Both the position numbers and the translations under genes were made by a program. The notes beneath the pieces are model-generated. The model made no database searches. It was not told where the DNA came from and was given only the letters and a program-made list of their open reading frames with translations. This document shows positions 8,952 through 19,102 of a stretch of DNA of 64,000 bases, piece after piece. Every line of letters begins with the position of its first letter. The stretch's first letter is position 1. Source of the stretch: Verrucomicrobiaceae bacterium (lineage in GTDB: Bacteria > Verrucomicrobiota > Verrucomicrobiia > Verrucomicrobiales > Akkermansiaceae); assembly GCA_051252135.1 (NCBI GenBank), contig JBPOGH010000005.1:96001-160000 (forward strand), written 5' to 3'.

Positions 8952-9667
8952 GGCTCCCAAAATCCAAATAACTGCCGCGCACATCCCCACCCGAAATCCA
9001 ACCGGCTCTTCCACGGCCGCGCCGGCTCCATCAAGCGCCACCCCCTCTTCGCTCCCTCCGCCCGAATCCCCGCCAACGGATTCACCAGCGTATTCCGCTC
9101 GCACAACTCCAACATCGGCACATCCGCCCGCGAATCACTGTAACCCTCCACCCCCTCATCAATCCCAATCTCCGCCAAGCGCCGCACCTTCGCCTCCCCC
9201 TTGTGATTCTCCCCCATCATCTCCGGAAAAAACTCCACCTCCTCACCCCAATCAAAAAGCGTCCCCAAACTCACCTCAAACCCCAATGCCTCACCAATGT
9301 GCCTCACCCACAACTCCGGACTCGCCGATGCCAGCACCAGCCGCCTCCCCGCCTCCCGATGCCGCTCAATCTCCTCCACAATCTCCGGATAAGTCAGCCT
9401 CGGCAGCCATTCCCTCACAAATTCCGCCGCCAACTCCTCCAGCCTCTCCCGCTTCATTCCCCACAAATAACAGTGAAACACCCGCTTCATCCCACCCGCT
9501 CCCAACACCTTGTTCAGAGGCAAAAACGCCACAAAAACCACCGTCAACCAACGCCTCCACCCCTCCTGCCTCAGCACATAACTCCGAAACACCAACTGCG
9601 TATCCCAAGGCACCACAGTTTGATCCAGATCGAAAAGGACGGTTTCTCGCGCTTGCTCCACACCCAC
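8948..9667 (-). CDS. HAD-IB family hydrolase
   Basis: FDLDQT motif I, ASAS motif II, GEAK, GYSDSRAD motif IV. Confidence 0.88.
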   Translation of the reverse strand: MGVEQARETVLFDLDQTVVPWDTQLVFRSYVLRQEGWRRWLTVVFVAFLPLNKVLGAGGMKRVFHCYLWGMKRERLEELAAEFVREWLPRLTYPEIVEEIERHREAGRRLVLASASPELWVRHIGEALGFEVSLGTLFDWGEEVEFFPEMMGENHKGEAKVRRLAEIGIDEGVEGYSDSRADVPMLELCERNTLVNPLAGIRAEGAKRGWRLMEPARPWKSRLDFGWGCARQLFGFWEP

Positions 9668-9735
9668 GGTGTTAGACCAACGCCCAAAAAAGGGAATTTC
9701 AATCTCTCCTCGATCATGTTCAGAATGCCCCGCCG

Positions 9736-10902
9736 ATGAAATTCCTCCCTCTCGTTCTCCTTCTTCCCGCCAGCCCCCTCTCGGCCCAAATCTACGCCGA
9801 TGTCACCACCACCATGGGCGACTTCACCCTGGAGCTCTACCACGAGGACTCACCCATGACCGTCGCCAATTTCATCTCCCTCGCAGATGGCTCCCGCGCC
9901 TGGATCGACTCCACCACCGGCAAGGTTCATCAAAACAAACCCTATTTCGACGGCATCATCTTCCACCGTGTCATCAAAGGATTCATGAACCAGGTCGGTT
10001 CTCCAAAGGGCGACGGCTCGGATGGCCCCGGATACAACTTCCCGGATGAAGTCGATAACGGCGTCCTTCACGACGAGCCCTACCTCCTCTCCTCCGCCAA
10101 CTCCGGCCCCCATACCAACGGTTCCCAACTCTTCATCACCGTCGACTCCACTCCTTGGCTCGATGGCATCCACACCGTATTTGGAAAAGTGTCCTCCGGC
10201 ACCGATGTCATCGACGCCATCAATCAGGTCGCCGTCATCACCAACACCACCACTCCCGTCACCGAGGTCTCCATCACCACCGTCACCATTCGCAAGGTCG
10301 GCGCCGCCGCCATCGCCTTCGATCCCACCGCCCAGAACCTCCCCGTGGTCGACGCCATCCCCGCCACCATCGCCCTCCCGGAAACCGCCCCCCCCTCCCT
10401 CAACCTCAACCAACCGGCCGGCACCAGCCTGAATGTCAGCACCTCCACCAACCTCACCACCTGGACCCAGACAGAGCGACACCTCGCCTCCGGAGACCCC
10501 CTCCTTCAGTTCGATCTCGGTGAAATCAAACCTCGCGAGTTCTTCCGCACCTCCCTCATCAACTGGGGGCCCCTCGGAACCTTCCCAAGCGACCTCTCCA
10601 CCCACATCATCACCATCAACTCGGACCTGGGGGACTTCACCCTCGATCTCGGAGACCCCTCCACTCTTGATTTCAGCGGACTACCCGGCTCCCGCCTCAT
10701 TGATCTGGAACAAAGCTCGATTTCCACCGACGGCTTCGGCGCCACCCTCCTCATCTACTCCGATGGACTCGTCCCCCTCCGCTTTCGCCTCGGTGCCAAC
10801 CTCCCCATCGCCGCCCTTCCCACGGGACGCATGACCGGAACCGCCTTCACCTCGCCATCAACCCCCCTCACCGGCACCTTCACCTTCACCGCCAAACCAT
10901 GA
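9736..10902 (+). CDS. Secreted cyclophilin-type peptidyl-prolyl isomerase with C-terminal extension
   Basis: Signal peptide; PMTVANF, FHRVIKGFMNQVG, ANSGPHTNGSQLFIT, WLDGIHTVFG. Confidence 0.9.
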   Translation: MKFLPLVLLLPASPLSAQIYADVTTTMGDFTLELYHEDSPMTVANFISLADGSRAWIDSTTGKVHQNKPYFDGIIFHRVIKGFMNQVGSPKGDGSDGPGYNFPDEVDNGVLHDEPYLLSSANSGPHTNGSQLFITVDSTPWLDGIHTVFGKVSSGTDVIDAINQVAVITNTTTPVTEVSITTVTIRKVGAAAIAFDPTAQNLPVVDAIPATIALPETAPPSLNLNQPAGTSLNVSTSTNLTTWTQTERHLASGDPLLQFDLGEIKPREFFRTSLINWGPLGTFPSDLSTHIITINSDLGDFTLDLGDPSTLDFSGLPGSRLIDLEQSSISTDGFGATLLIYSDGLVPLRFRLGANLPIAALPTGRMTGTAFTSPSTPLTGTFTFTAKP

Positions 10903-12530
10903 GATTTCTCATTCTAACCGCTTTCCTGTTGGCCCAGGCCAACGCCCAGATCACCGCCAAGTTCAACACCACGATCGGAGACTTCACCGTCCTCCTCGAC
11001 CACGGGAACGCCCCCCTCGCCACCGCCAACTTTATGCTCCTCGCCGGACTTGAAGATGAAGAATGGACCACCCCCGCCGGCGTCACCCTCCCCGCCCCCC
11101 ACGTCACCTACAGCCCCCTAAGCCCCGGCACCCCCTACTACAAAAATAACCGCCTCGCTCTCAACGTCCTCTTTCAAGAGAGCGAAGGCCCGGGCGATGT
11201 CGACAAATACATCATCCGCCAGTCTCAAACCGTCATGGGATACGTCAGCACCATCCCCCTCGGTAATGTCTATCAGGAACTCGGTGGTGGTCGTAATATC
11301 GAGATCCGAAAAGTCGAAAACGAAAACAAATTCCAAGTCGTCATCAAGCACCCGCGCCGCTGGTACAACAACCGCTACGCATGGCTCCAGGATGCCCCCA
11401 TGTACCGCAACATCCCCATCACCAGGATCGAGACCGGCCGCCGTTTCTTCGCCGGCAGCTTCACCAATGACCTCACCGAGACCCACGGCTACCGCTTCCC
11501 GGACGAACTCGTTCGCAACCCGAACTCGACCCCGCCCTGGGGAACCAAATTCAACACCGGCTGGGTCCTCGCCATGGACAACACCCGGGCCAACACCAAC
11601 GGAAGCCGCTTCTTCATCACCGGCCAACCCGTTCCCGGTGACCTCCCCCTCCTCAAGGAGTGGAACAAACGATACACCGTCGTCGGTGATGTCCTCACCA
11701 CCGGTGGCGGCCGCCAGGTCGTCATCAACATGCTCAATCTGGCCACGCAGGAGGACGGCACCCCGGACTCCGAAGTCAACATCCAGTCCATCGACATCAC
11801 CCGTCAGGGCGGCAGTGATGCCGGATTCTTCGTCCATCTGGTCAAAAATGACCTCCCCGGCGATACCACCGCCCTCCAACTCTCCATTCTCAGAGCCGGA
11901 CCCACGTTCCGTCTCATCACCCCACCCACCCCTCAATCCCAAACCCTCTTCCTGAGTTCCACCTCCCTGCGCGGTGAACCTGTCTCCTTCTTTTCCACCA
12001 GCCCTCCTTTCAACTTCGAGTCCCAATCACTCGATCTCACCCCGGCCATCTCCACCAACCCCATCGGATACTTCCGCGCCCTCACCACCCCGCTCCCCTC
12101 CTGGCCTTCCCGCGAGTTCACCCTCTCCGGAGCCGTCCTCCAATGCTCCAACGTCCTCTCCAGCGGCTTCGCATCCGGATTCGTCCGCCTCACCATGAAC
12201 ACCGCCACCGCCCAAAACCCCGCCGGCTCAGGAGGCTCCTACATCATTAACCTTCCCGCCATGACCCTTTCCAATCCGGATGGCTCATCCACCTCCTACC
12301 CCGCCTTCCAGGGCAGCGGAACCTTCACCTCCAAATATGAATTCGAGGACAACCCCTATCAGGGAATTCTCACCATCCTCACCTCCACCGGAAACTTCCC
12401 CTTCGATAGCTTCGATCTCGGCTTCGACTTCCGCTACCGCATCCCGGTAGACGATCGCGTCAGCCGCTTCCTCGCCTACGACGCGGATTCCCTCTACGCC
12501 ATCGAGGGCGTTTGGGAAAAAATCAACTGA
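10899..12530 (+). CDS. Secreted degenerate cyclophilin-like protein with a large insertion and C-terminal extension
   Basis: Signal peptide; APLATANF, GYRFPDE, LAMDNTRANTNGSRFFIT, RYTVVG; ATGA overlap with previous gene. Confidence 0.75.
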   Translation: MRFLILTAFLLAQANAQITAKFNTTIGDFTVLLDHGNAPLATANFMLLAGLEDEEWTTPAGVTLPAPHVTYSPLSPGTPYYKNNRLALNVLFQESEGPGDVDKYIIRQSQTVMGYVSTIPLGNVYQELGGGRNIEIRKVENENKFQVVIKHPRRWYNNRYAWLQDAPMYRNIPITRIETGRRFFAGSFTNDLTETHGYRFPDELVRNPNSTPPWGTKFNTGWVLAMDNTRANTNGSRFFITGQPVPGDLPLLKEWNKRYTVVGDVLTTGGGRQVVINMLNLATQEDGTPDSEVNIQSIDITRQGGSDAGFFVHLVKNDLPGDTTALQLSILRAGPTFRLITPPTPQSQTLFLSSTSLRGEPVSFFSTSPPFNFESQSLDLTPAISTNPIGYFRALTTPLPSWPSREFTLSGAVLQCSNVLSSGFASGFVRLTMNTATAQNPAGSGGSYIINLPAMTLSNPDGSSTSYPAFQGSGTFTSKYEFEDNPYQGILTILTSTGNFPFDSFDLGFDFRYRIPVDDRVSRFLAYDADSLYAIEGVWEKIN

Positions 12531-12532
12531 CC

Positions 12533-13153
12533 ATGGAATTCCCCAAAACCGTCACCCGCCCTGCCGAGCCCAACGAGCTCATCCCAGCCGACTACTTCGC
12601 CCAACTCTCCTTCGCCGATCACTTCGATCGCGACGCCCCCGTCGAAATCGACCTCGGCTGCGGCGACGGCTCCTTCCTCCTCGCGATGGCGGAGCATCAT
12701 CACGACCGCAACTTCATCGGCGTCGAGCGCCTCCTCGGTCGCGTCCGGAAGGTTTGCCGAAAGGGCGACCGCAAAGGACTCACCAACCTCCGTGTCCTTC
12801 GGCTCGAAAGCCTCTACGTCCTCGAATGGCTCCTCCCGCCCGACTCCGTAAGCCGCATCCACCTCCTCTGCCCCGACCCCTGGCCCAAGGCCAAACACCA
12901 CCGCAGACGCCTCTTCCAAAAACCCTTCCTCGATGCCGTCCTGCGCGTCCTCGCCCCCGGCGGAGAACTCCTCTTTAAAACCGACCACGACGAATACTTC
13001 GAATGGTCCGAGGAACAGCTTGATGACTACCCCGCCCTCGAACGACTCGACTGGCCGGACGACGCCTTCTTCTACCCCAAAACCGACTTCCAGATTCAAT
13101 GGGAAGCCGAGGGCAAATCACTCCAGGGCCTCAGAGCCAGGAAACCCGCATAG
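12533..13153 (+). CDS. trmB: tRNA (guanine-N7)-methyltransferase
   Basis: VEIDLGCGDG SAM motif, PDPWPKAKHHRRRL, FKTD. Confidence 0.93.
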   Translation: MEFPKTVTRPAEPNELIPADYFAQLSFADHFDRDAPVEIDLGCGDGSFLLAMAEHHHDRNFIGVERLLGRVRKVCRKGDRKGLTNLRVLRLESLYVLEWLLPPDSVSRIHLLCPDPWPKAKHHRRRLFQKPFLDAVLRVLAPGGELLFKTDHDEYFEWSEEQLDDYPALERLDWPDDAFFYPKTDFQIQWEAEGKSLQGLRARKPA

Positions 13154-13158
13154 CCGGC

Positions 13159-13887
13159 TCACTCCCCGGCTTGCTCCGTCCGCGGCTTCAACCCGTAGGA
13201 CTCCGGAGCAACCAGCCCCGCTGAAAGGATCATCTTGCCCGCCTCCTCCAGCGTCATATCGCTGTCGAACACCTTCTCATCGTCCACCAGCACCACAAAA
13301 CCCGTCATCGGATTGGGAGAAGTCGGGATGAAAACCGAGGTCACATCCTTGCCCGTCTGCGGGTCCGTAAAATGACCCGTGATAAAACCAATGAGCCGGC
13401 ACCCCGGACTGGGATACTCAATATATGCCACCCCCTTGAACTTCCGGGGACCACCCAAATTCTTCACCGCATCGATGAACTGCTTGATCGCCGAATAAAT
13501 AAATCCAAACAATGGCACCCGCGTCATCGCGCCATCCACCCAACCCAGGATACGCTTCCCCGGCCGGTTCATCACCGCCCCTCCCGCTAAAAACAACAAG
13601 GCCAGCGGAATCAACAACCACAGAAAATCATCCCCCGGAAATCCCTCAAGGGTCCACGCCGCAGGGGAACTCTGATCGACCCCGCGCAGCGTATTGAGGA
13701 CACCCAGGACGGAGTTAATAATCGCCAACCCGATCCGGTGCAACAACTTGAAGACCAGCACCACGATCCAACCCGTCGCCAGAATCGGAATCACCGCTGC
13801 CATCCCTGCCAGCAAAGGTTTCAGCACCTGTCTGACACGCGGGTGCTTCACCTCGCGCGGTTTTCCAATTTGGGAATCATCAGCCAT
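13159..13887 (-). CDS. DUF502 family membrane protein
   Basis: Two TM segments, RVPLFGFIYS, VFIPTSPNPMTGF, MTLEEAGKMILSAG. Confidence 0.85.
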   Translation of the reverse strand: MADDSQIGKPREVKHPRVRQVLKPLLAGMAAVIPILATGWIVVLVFKLLHRIGLAIINSVLGVLNTLRGVDQSSPAAWTLEGFPGDDFLWLLIPLALLFLAGGAVMNRPGKRILGWVDGAMTRVPLFGFIYSAIKQFIDAVKNLGGPRKFKGVAYIEYPSPGCRLIGFITGHFTDPQTGKDVTSVFIPTSPNPMTGFVVLVDDEKVFDSDMTLEEAGKMILSAGLVAPESYGLKPRTEQAGE

Positions 13888-13993
13888 CAGGGATAGAGAT
13901 AGCCCGAATTTCGCAACTAACAACCCTCACTTATCCAAACTCTCTTGCTGAAAGAAATCCTTTCTGTTACTTCTTGGTATACCCATAAAACTC

Positions 13994-15493
13994 GTGTCCT
14001 CATCCACCCGCAAACCCAGAATTTTAGTCGTCACTCCGGAAATCACCTACCTCCCAAAAGGCATGGGAAACTTGGCCCAGCGATTATCGGCCAAGGCCGG
14101 AGGAATGGCGGATGTCTCAGCATCATTGGTGAATGCCCTGAATGACCAGGGAGCCGATGTCCACGTCGCCTTGCCGAATTTCCGGAAGATGTTCCAGCTC
14201 GAGGCCAACAACATTTTCGAAGCTGAATACGACAAGGTCAACCGCTCCCTCCCCGAGCAAAAAATCCACCTCGCCCAAGACCGCATCTTCTTTCACCGCT
14301 CCCGCGTCTACAGCGCCGCCGAGAACCACAATATCGCCCTCGCCTTCCAGCGGGAAGTCATCAACCACATCATCCCCCAGGTCCGCCCCGACCTCATTCA
14401 CTGCAATGACTGGATGACCGGCCTCATCCCCGCCGTCGCCAAACGATACGGCATCAAATCCCTCTTCACCTGCCACAATATCCATACCGAAAAACTCACC
14501 CTCGCCGCGATCGAGGAAAAAGGCATCGATGCCGCGGAATTCTGGAATCACTGCTACTTCCTCCGCCCTCCCCACCACTACGAGGAAACCCGCAACTCAA
14601 ACCCCGTCGACCTCCTCACCACTGGCATCTTCGCCTCCGATCACGTCAACTCGGTCAGCCCCACCTTCCTTTCGGAAATTGTCGATGGAAAGCATGCCTT
14701 CGTCCCCAGTCACATCAATCACGAGCTCTGGCAAAAATGCCAATCCGGGAACGCCAGCGGTATCCTTAATGCTCCGGACGTCGGCTTCGACCCCCAAACC
14801 GACACCCACCTTGAGCACCACTACAACGCCAAAACCCACGTCAAAGGAAAGGCCAAAAACAAAGCCGCTCTTCAGAAGGCCCTCGGACTCAAAATCGATC
14901 CCGAAGCCCCCCTCTTCCTCTGGCCCTCACGCCTCGATCCCGTTCAAAAAGGCCCCGAACTTCTCAGCCAAATCCTCTTCAGCCTCACCGAAGAACATCC
15001 CGATCTCCAGATCGCCATCGTCGCCAGCGGCGAATTCAAAAAGCACTTCGCCGAGATCATCCACATGCACAGCCTCTACGATCGTGTCGCCATGGTCGAA
15101 TTTACCGAGAAACTCTCCCGCCTCGGTTACGCCGGATCGGACTTCATGATCATGCCCTCCCGCTTCGAACCCTGCGGACTCCCCCAGATGGTCAGCCCGA
15201 AATACGGCACCCTCCCCGTCGCCCACGATACCGGCGGCATCCACGACACCGTCGACCCCTTCAACTACGACCTCGATTCCGGCAACGGTTTCCTCTTCGG
15301 CCACTACACCCCCGACGGACTCCGCTGGGCCATCAACGAGGCCGTCCATTTCCATCGCCAACCCGCCAAGGTCAAAGAACACCACATCAAGCGTATCATG
15401 GTCGAAGCCGAGACCCGCTTCAATCACGAGAACACCGCCCGCGAATACATCCAGCTCTACGAGCGCATGCTGGGACGTCCCGTCACCGGCTAA
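13994..15493 (+). CDS. glgA: Glycogen/starch synthase (GT5)
   Basis: KAGGMADV ADP-glucose motif, IHCNDWMTGL, MPSRFEPCGLPQM, TGGIHDTV. Confidence 0.9.
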   Translation: MSSSTRKPRILVVTPEITYLPKGMGNLAQRLSAKAGGMADVSASLVNALNDQGADVHVALPNFRKMFQLEANNIFEAEYDKVNRSLPEQKIHLAQDRIFFHRSRVYSAAENHNIALAFQREVINHIIPQVRPDLIHCNDWMTGLIPAVAKRYGIKSLFTCHNIHTEKLTLAAIEEKGIDAAEFWNHCYFLRPPHHYEETRNSNPVDLLTTGIFASDHVNSVSPTFLSEIVDGKHAFVPSHINHELWQKCQSGNASGILNAPDVGFDPQTDTHLEHHYNAKTHVKGKAKNKAALQKALGLKIDPEAPLFLWPSRLDPVQKGPELLSQILFSLTEEHPDLQIAIVASGEFKKHFAEIIHMHSLYDRVAMVEFTEKLSRLGYAGSDFMIMPSRFEPCGLPQMVSPKYGTLPVAHDTGGIHDTVDPFNYDLDSGNGFLFGHYTPDGLRWAINEAVHFHRQPAKVKEHHIKRIMVEAETRFNHENTAREYIQLYERMLGRPVTG

Positions 15494-15564
15494 CACCGCG
15501 TTATTAGAAGTGACGAACGGCCTATTTGTGGGAATGTTGGGACCTCACCCTCATCCCACCTGCC

Positions 15565-18500
15565 ATGATGTCGCGATTTCTGGTCCTCCTCCTGCCATTG
15601 GCCACGCTCTGGTTGGTCTGGCCCGGTGGCTCCGGATCAACTCTGCGCCCTGAAAAAATTTCCTCCCCCTCCCCGGGACCCGCTTCGCCCAACCCCACTT
15701 CCCGGGCTTCGGATTTCGCTCCCAACCCCTCTCCTCCCGGACACACCGTAGCCGGACCCGTTTTCCAATCCGTCCCCATTCCGGCCTTCAACCGGAATCC
15801 CGCCCCCGCCCCTCACGGACTCGCCCCGCTTCCCTCCGGAAAAAAACGACACCCCCACTTCGCCCACGCTTGGTCCACCATCGACCCCGCACTCCTCGCC
15901 GAACTCCCCCGCCCCCGGCAGCAACACCTCGCCTCCTATCTCGACTCCCTTCTCAAAGGCGACCCCAATGACCAACGCTGGCTCTGCTGGGGACCCGGAA
16001 CCAGCCTCGCCACCGTCATGGCCTACCACCAGGCCGAAAAATCAGGAGGCCTCGCAACCAAGCAACTCCAAATCAAAGCCGACCAATTCCTGGGCCAAGG
16101 CAGATGGAGCAGAGTCGCCCACGGCACCTCTAACAACCTCTCCCAGGGACGCCCCATCACCATCACCTGGAGCATCGTCCCCGATGGCACCCCCACCCCC
16201 AACACCGATCAAGACCTCGCCGACTCCGATTTCAGAAGCTGGATGCAGTCACTCTACGGCGGTGACGCCACCGCACCCGCCGCCAGCCAACCCTGGTTCC
16301 CCCTCATCAGCGACGCCTTCGCCGCCATGGAAGCCGAGTGCGGCATCAATTTCATCTACGAACCAAATGACGACGGCGCCTCCGTCCTTTCCCAAAACCG
16401 CGGCGTCATCGGAATCCGCGGCGATATCAGACTCTCCGCCCGCTTCGTCGATGGCAACAGCAGCCCCTTCGGCGGAAACAACGTCCTCGCCTTCGCCTTC
16501 GCCCCCGATCACGGCGACATCATCTTCGATTCCGGAGACTCCTTCTTCGACTCCACCAACCAAAACTCCATCCGCCTCCACAACGTCACCACCCACGAGC
16601 TCGGCCACGCCCTCGGACTCGCCCACGTCTGCCCCATCAACCGCACCAAACTGATGGAACCCTTTGCCATCACCTCCTTCCGGGGACCCCAGTTTGACGA
16701 AACCTACTCCCTCCAACGCCAATACGGCGACCCGCTCGAAAACACCGGCGGCTCGGTCAGCAATGACCGCGCCTCCAGCGCCTCCCCCATCACCCCCCTC
16801 TCCGACGTCCCCCTCACCCTCCAGTGGCTCAGTATCGATGACAACGCCGACCTCGACTACCTCCGCTTCCCCGCCAAGGAATTCCAGAACGTCCAGGCCA
16901 TCATCAGCCCCAACCGCGCCTCCTACCAGGAAGGCCCGCAGACCGAAAGCTGCTCCACCGCCCCCCTCTTCAATCCCTCCAGCCAACACGACCTCACCCT
17001 CGAACTCCTCGATCAAAATGGCTCCACCGTTCTCGCCACCTCGGATTCCGGTGGCCTCGGTGAGGGAGAAAGCATCCTCGACTTCCCCATCGACGAGGAT
17101 GGCGACTACTACCTCCGCATCAACGGCGGCGGAGACAACACCAGCCAAACCTACTCCCTCACCCTCCTCGTCGGCGGCGCCCCTCCCAAACCCGAAGTCG
17201 AATTCCTCTCCTCCGAAATCATCGCCGAGTCCGGAGTCACCAAAAACGGCCGCCCTGATCCCGGCGAGAGCATTCGCATCCGGCTCGGCCTCCTCAACTC
17301 CGGAACCGCCGCTACTCAAAACCTCATCGCCACCCCGGTCCCCACCGCCGGAATGACCGTCTTCACCTCCGGAATCTCCTTTCCAACCATCAACCCCGGA
17401 AAATCCGCCACCGTCGAGATCGACCTCGCCATCGAAGGCCCCTGCGGACGCCCCCTCGAACTCCCCTTCCAGATCACAGACGACTCCGGCCTTACCGAAA
17501 CCATCCGCCTCCCCTTCCAACTCGGAATCCTCATCGAGGACGCCCCCATCGAAGAAAAATTCGACCTCACTTCCACCCTCCCCACCGGCTGGTCCACCTC
17601 CACCACCGACGCCGGCACCCCTTGGTTCATCACCGACTCTCTCAGCGAATCAGGAAACCGCTCCGCCTTTGCCGCCGGAGTCGCCGGCACCTCCACCGCC
17701 ACCCTCCTCTCCCCACCCCTCGAACTCAAAAGCGGCACCAACGTCCTTCGCTTCTTCCATCACTTCGATACCGAACTCCGTTGGGACGGCGGCGTGCTCG
17801 AAGCCTCCCTCGACGAAGGCCCCTGGTTCGATCTCCCCACCCACCCGGACATCACCGTCGAATCCGGCGGCTACATCAGAGCCCTCTCCTCTTCCGCCCG
17901 CCACCCCCTCGCAGGCCGCCAGACCTGGACCGGTGATTCCGCCAAATTCATCGCCACCGAACTCGCCCTCCCCGATGAATGGGCCTCCCAATCCCTCCGC
18001 CTCCGCTGGATTCTCGCCCATGACCGCTCCGTCAATGGCCAGGGATGGGCCATCGACTCCCTCTCCATCGAAGGGGAAATCGGAAGCTGCGAACCCCACC
18101 TCCCCCTCATCTCACTCACCTCATCCCTCACCCAATTGGATGAAAACAATCCTGACAACTCCGTCACCCTCACCCTTTCAAGCGAAGTCCCCCTCCTCAC
18201 CCCTCTCGAAATCCCCCTCACCCTCGCAGGAACAGCCAACCTTTCGGACATCACCACCCTCACCCCCCTCCTCCTCCCCGCTGGACAAAAAGAAACCACG
18301 TTCACCATCCGGGTCGCTCCCGATGACCTCGTCGAGGGCGCCGAACAACTCATCCTCTCCCTCCCCCAAGATCAGCTCATCTTCGCTCCCTCTCAAAATA
18401 GCTCCGTCACCCTCAACATCGTCGATCGCGAAGACTTCCAGTCCTGGTCCCTCCAATACCCCGCCTCCCCTCCCGGCGGAGACCTTGATCACGACGGCCT

Positions 18501-18762
18501 TCCCAATCTCGGCGAATACCTCCTCGGGCTCGATCCCTCCACCCCCGACGCCCCCCCCCTCAATATCGACCTCTCCCCCACCTCCACCACCGTCCGGCTC
18601 AACAACCTCCCTGATCGCAACGACGCCCAAATCAACATCCAGGTCTCCTCCGACCTCTCCCGCTGGACCACCGTCCCCCTCACTAAAGTCGAAAACGGAT
18701 TGCAAATCCCGCGCGATGACAGCAAGCGTTACCTCCGCCTGATCTTCTCGATCAATCAATAG
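15565..18762 (+). CDS. Secreted matrixin-like (metzincin) metalloprotease with PPC-like and further beta-sandwich domains
   Basis: N-terminal hydrophobic segment; HELGHALGLAH zinc motif and LMEP Met-turn; C-terminal DLDHDGLPNLGEY motif. Confidence 0.85.
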   Translation: MMSRFLVLLLPLATLWLVWPGGSGSTLRPEKISSPSPGPASPNPTSRASDFAPNPSPPGHTVAGPVFQSVPIPAFNRNPAPAPHGLAPLPSGKKRHPHFAHAWSTIDPALLAELPRPRQQHLASYLDSLLKGDPNDQRWLCWGPGTSLATVMAYHQAEKSGGLATKQLQIKADQFLGQGRWSRVAHGTSNNLSQGRPITITWSIVPDGTPTPNTDQDLADSDFRSWMQSLYGGDATAPAASQPWFPLISDAFAAMEAECGINFIYEPNDDGASVLSQNRGVIGIRGDIRLSARFVDGNSSPFGGNNVLAFAFAPDHGDIIFDSGDSFFDSTNQNSIRLHNVTTHELGHALGLAHVCPINRTKLMEPFAITSFRGPQFDETYSLQRQYGDPLENTGGSVSNDRASSASPITPLSDVPLTLQWLSIDDNADLDYLRFPAKEFQNVQAIISPNRASYQEGPQTESCSTAPLFNPSSQHDLTLELLDQNGSTVLATSDSGGLGEGESILDFPIDEDGDYYLRINGGGDNTSQTYSLTLLVGGAPPKPEVEFLSSEIIAESGVTKNGRPDPGESIRIRLGLLNSGTAATQNLIATPVPTAGMTVFTSGISFPTINPGKSATVEIDLAIEGPCGRPLELPFQITDDSGLTETIRLPFQLGILIEDAPIEEKFDLTSTLPTGWSTSTTDAGTPWFITDSLSESGNRSAFAAGVAGTSTATLLSPPLELKSGTNVLRFFHHFDTELRWDGGVLEASLDEGPWFDLPTHPDITVESGGYIRALSSSARHPLAGRQTWTGDSAKFIATELALPDEWASQSLRLRWILAHDRSVNGQGWAIDSLSIEGEIGSCEPHLPLISLTSSLTQLDENNPDNSVTLTLSSEVPLLTPLEIPLTLAGTANLSDITTLTPLLLPAGQKETTFTIRVAPDDLVEGAEQLILSLPQDQLIFAPSQNSSVTLNIVDREDFQSWSLQYPASPPGGDLDHDGLPNLGEYLLGLDPSTPDAPPLNIDLSPTSTTVRLNNLPDRNDAQINIQVSSDLSRWTTVPLTKVENGLQIPRDDSKRYLRLIFSINQ

Positions 18763-18808
18763 AGCTTGCGGCTTTTCACCGCACCTAATCCGCACGATAC
18801 TCCCACCC

Positions 18809-19102
18809 ATGACCGTCAGCGAACTCGCGCAATCCGCCCGGCAGGATGACACCCCGCCACCGGGACTCTCCTCCGCCCTCCAGGCCCTTTGGCTTGCCAA
18901 AGCCGGCCGGTGGCATGACGCACATGACCTCTGCCAGGATGTCCCCGAGCCCGCAGGTGCCTGGATCCATGCTTACCTCCACCGGGAAGAGGGTGACCTC
19001 GGCAATGCCGGATACTGGTACCACCGCGCCGGTAAGGACATCCCCTCCGGCAGCGTCTCTCTCGATCAAGAATGGAGTCAAATCACAGCCGCTCTTTCCT
19101 AA
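18809..19102 (+). CDS. Conserved-looking hypothetical helical protein (97 aa)
   Basis: WHDAHDLCQ...AWIHAYLHREEGDLGNAGYWY pattern; stop overlaps rsmB start. Confidence 0.75.
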   Translation: MTVSELAQSARQDDTPPPGLSSALQALWLAKAGRWHDAHDLCQDVPEPAGAWIHAYLHREEGDLGNAGYWYHRAGKDIPSGSVSLDQEWSQITAALS

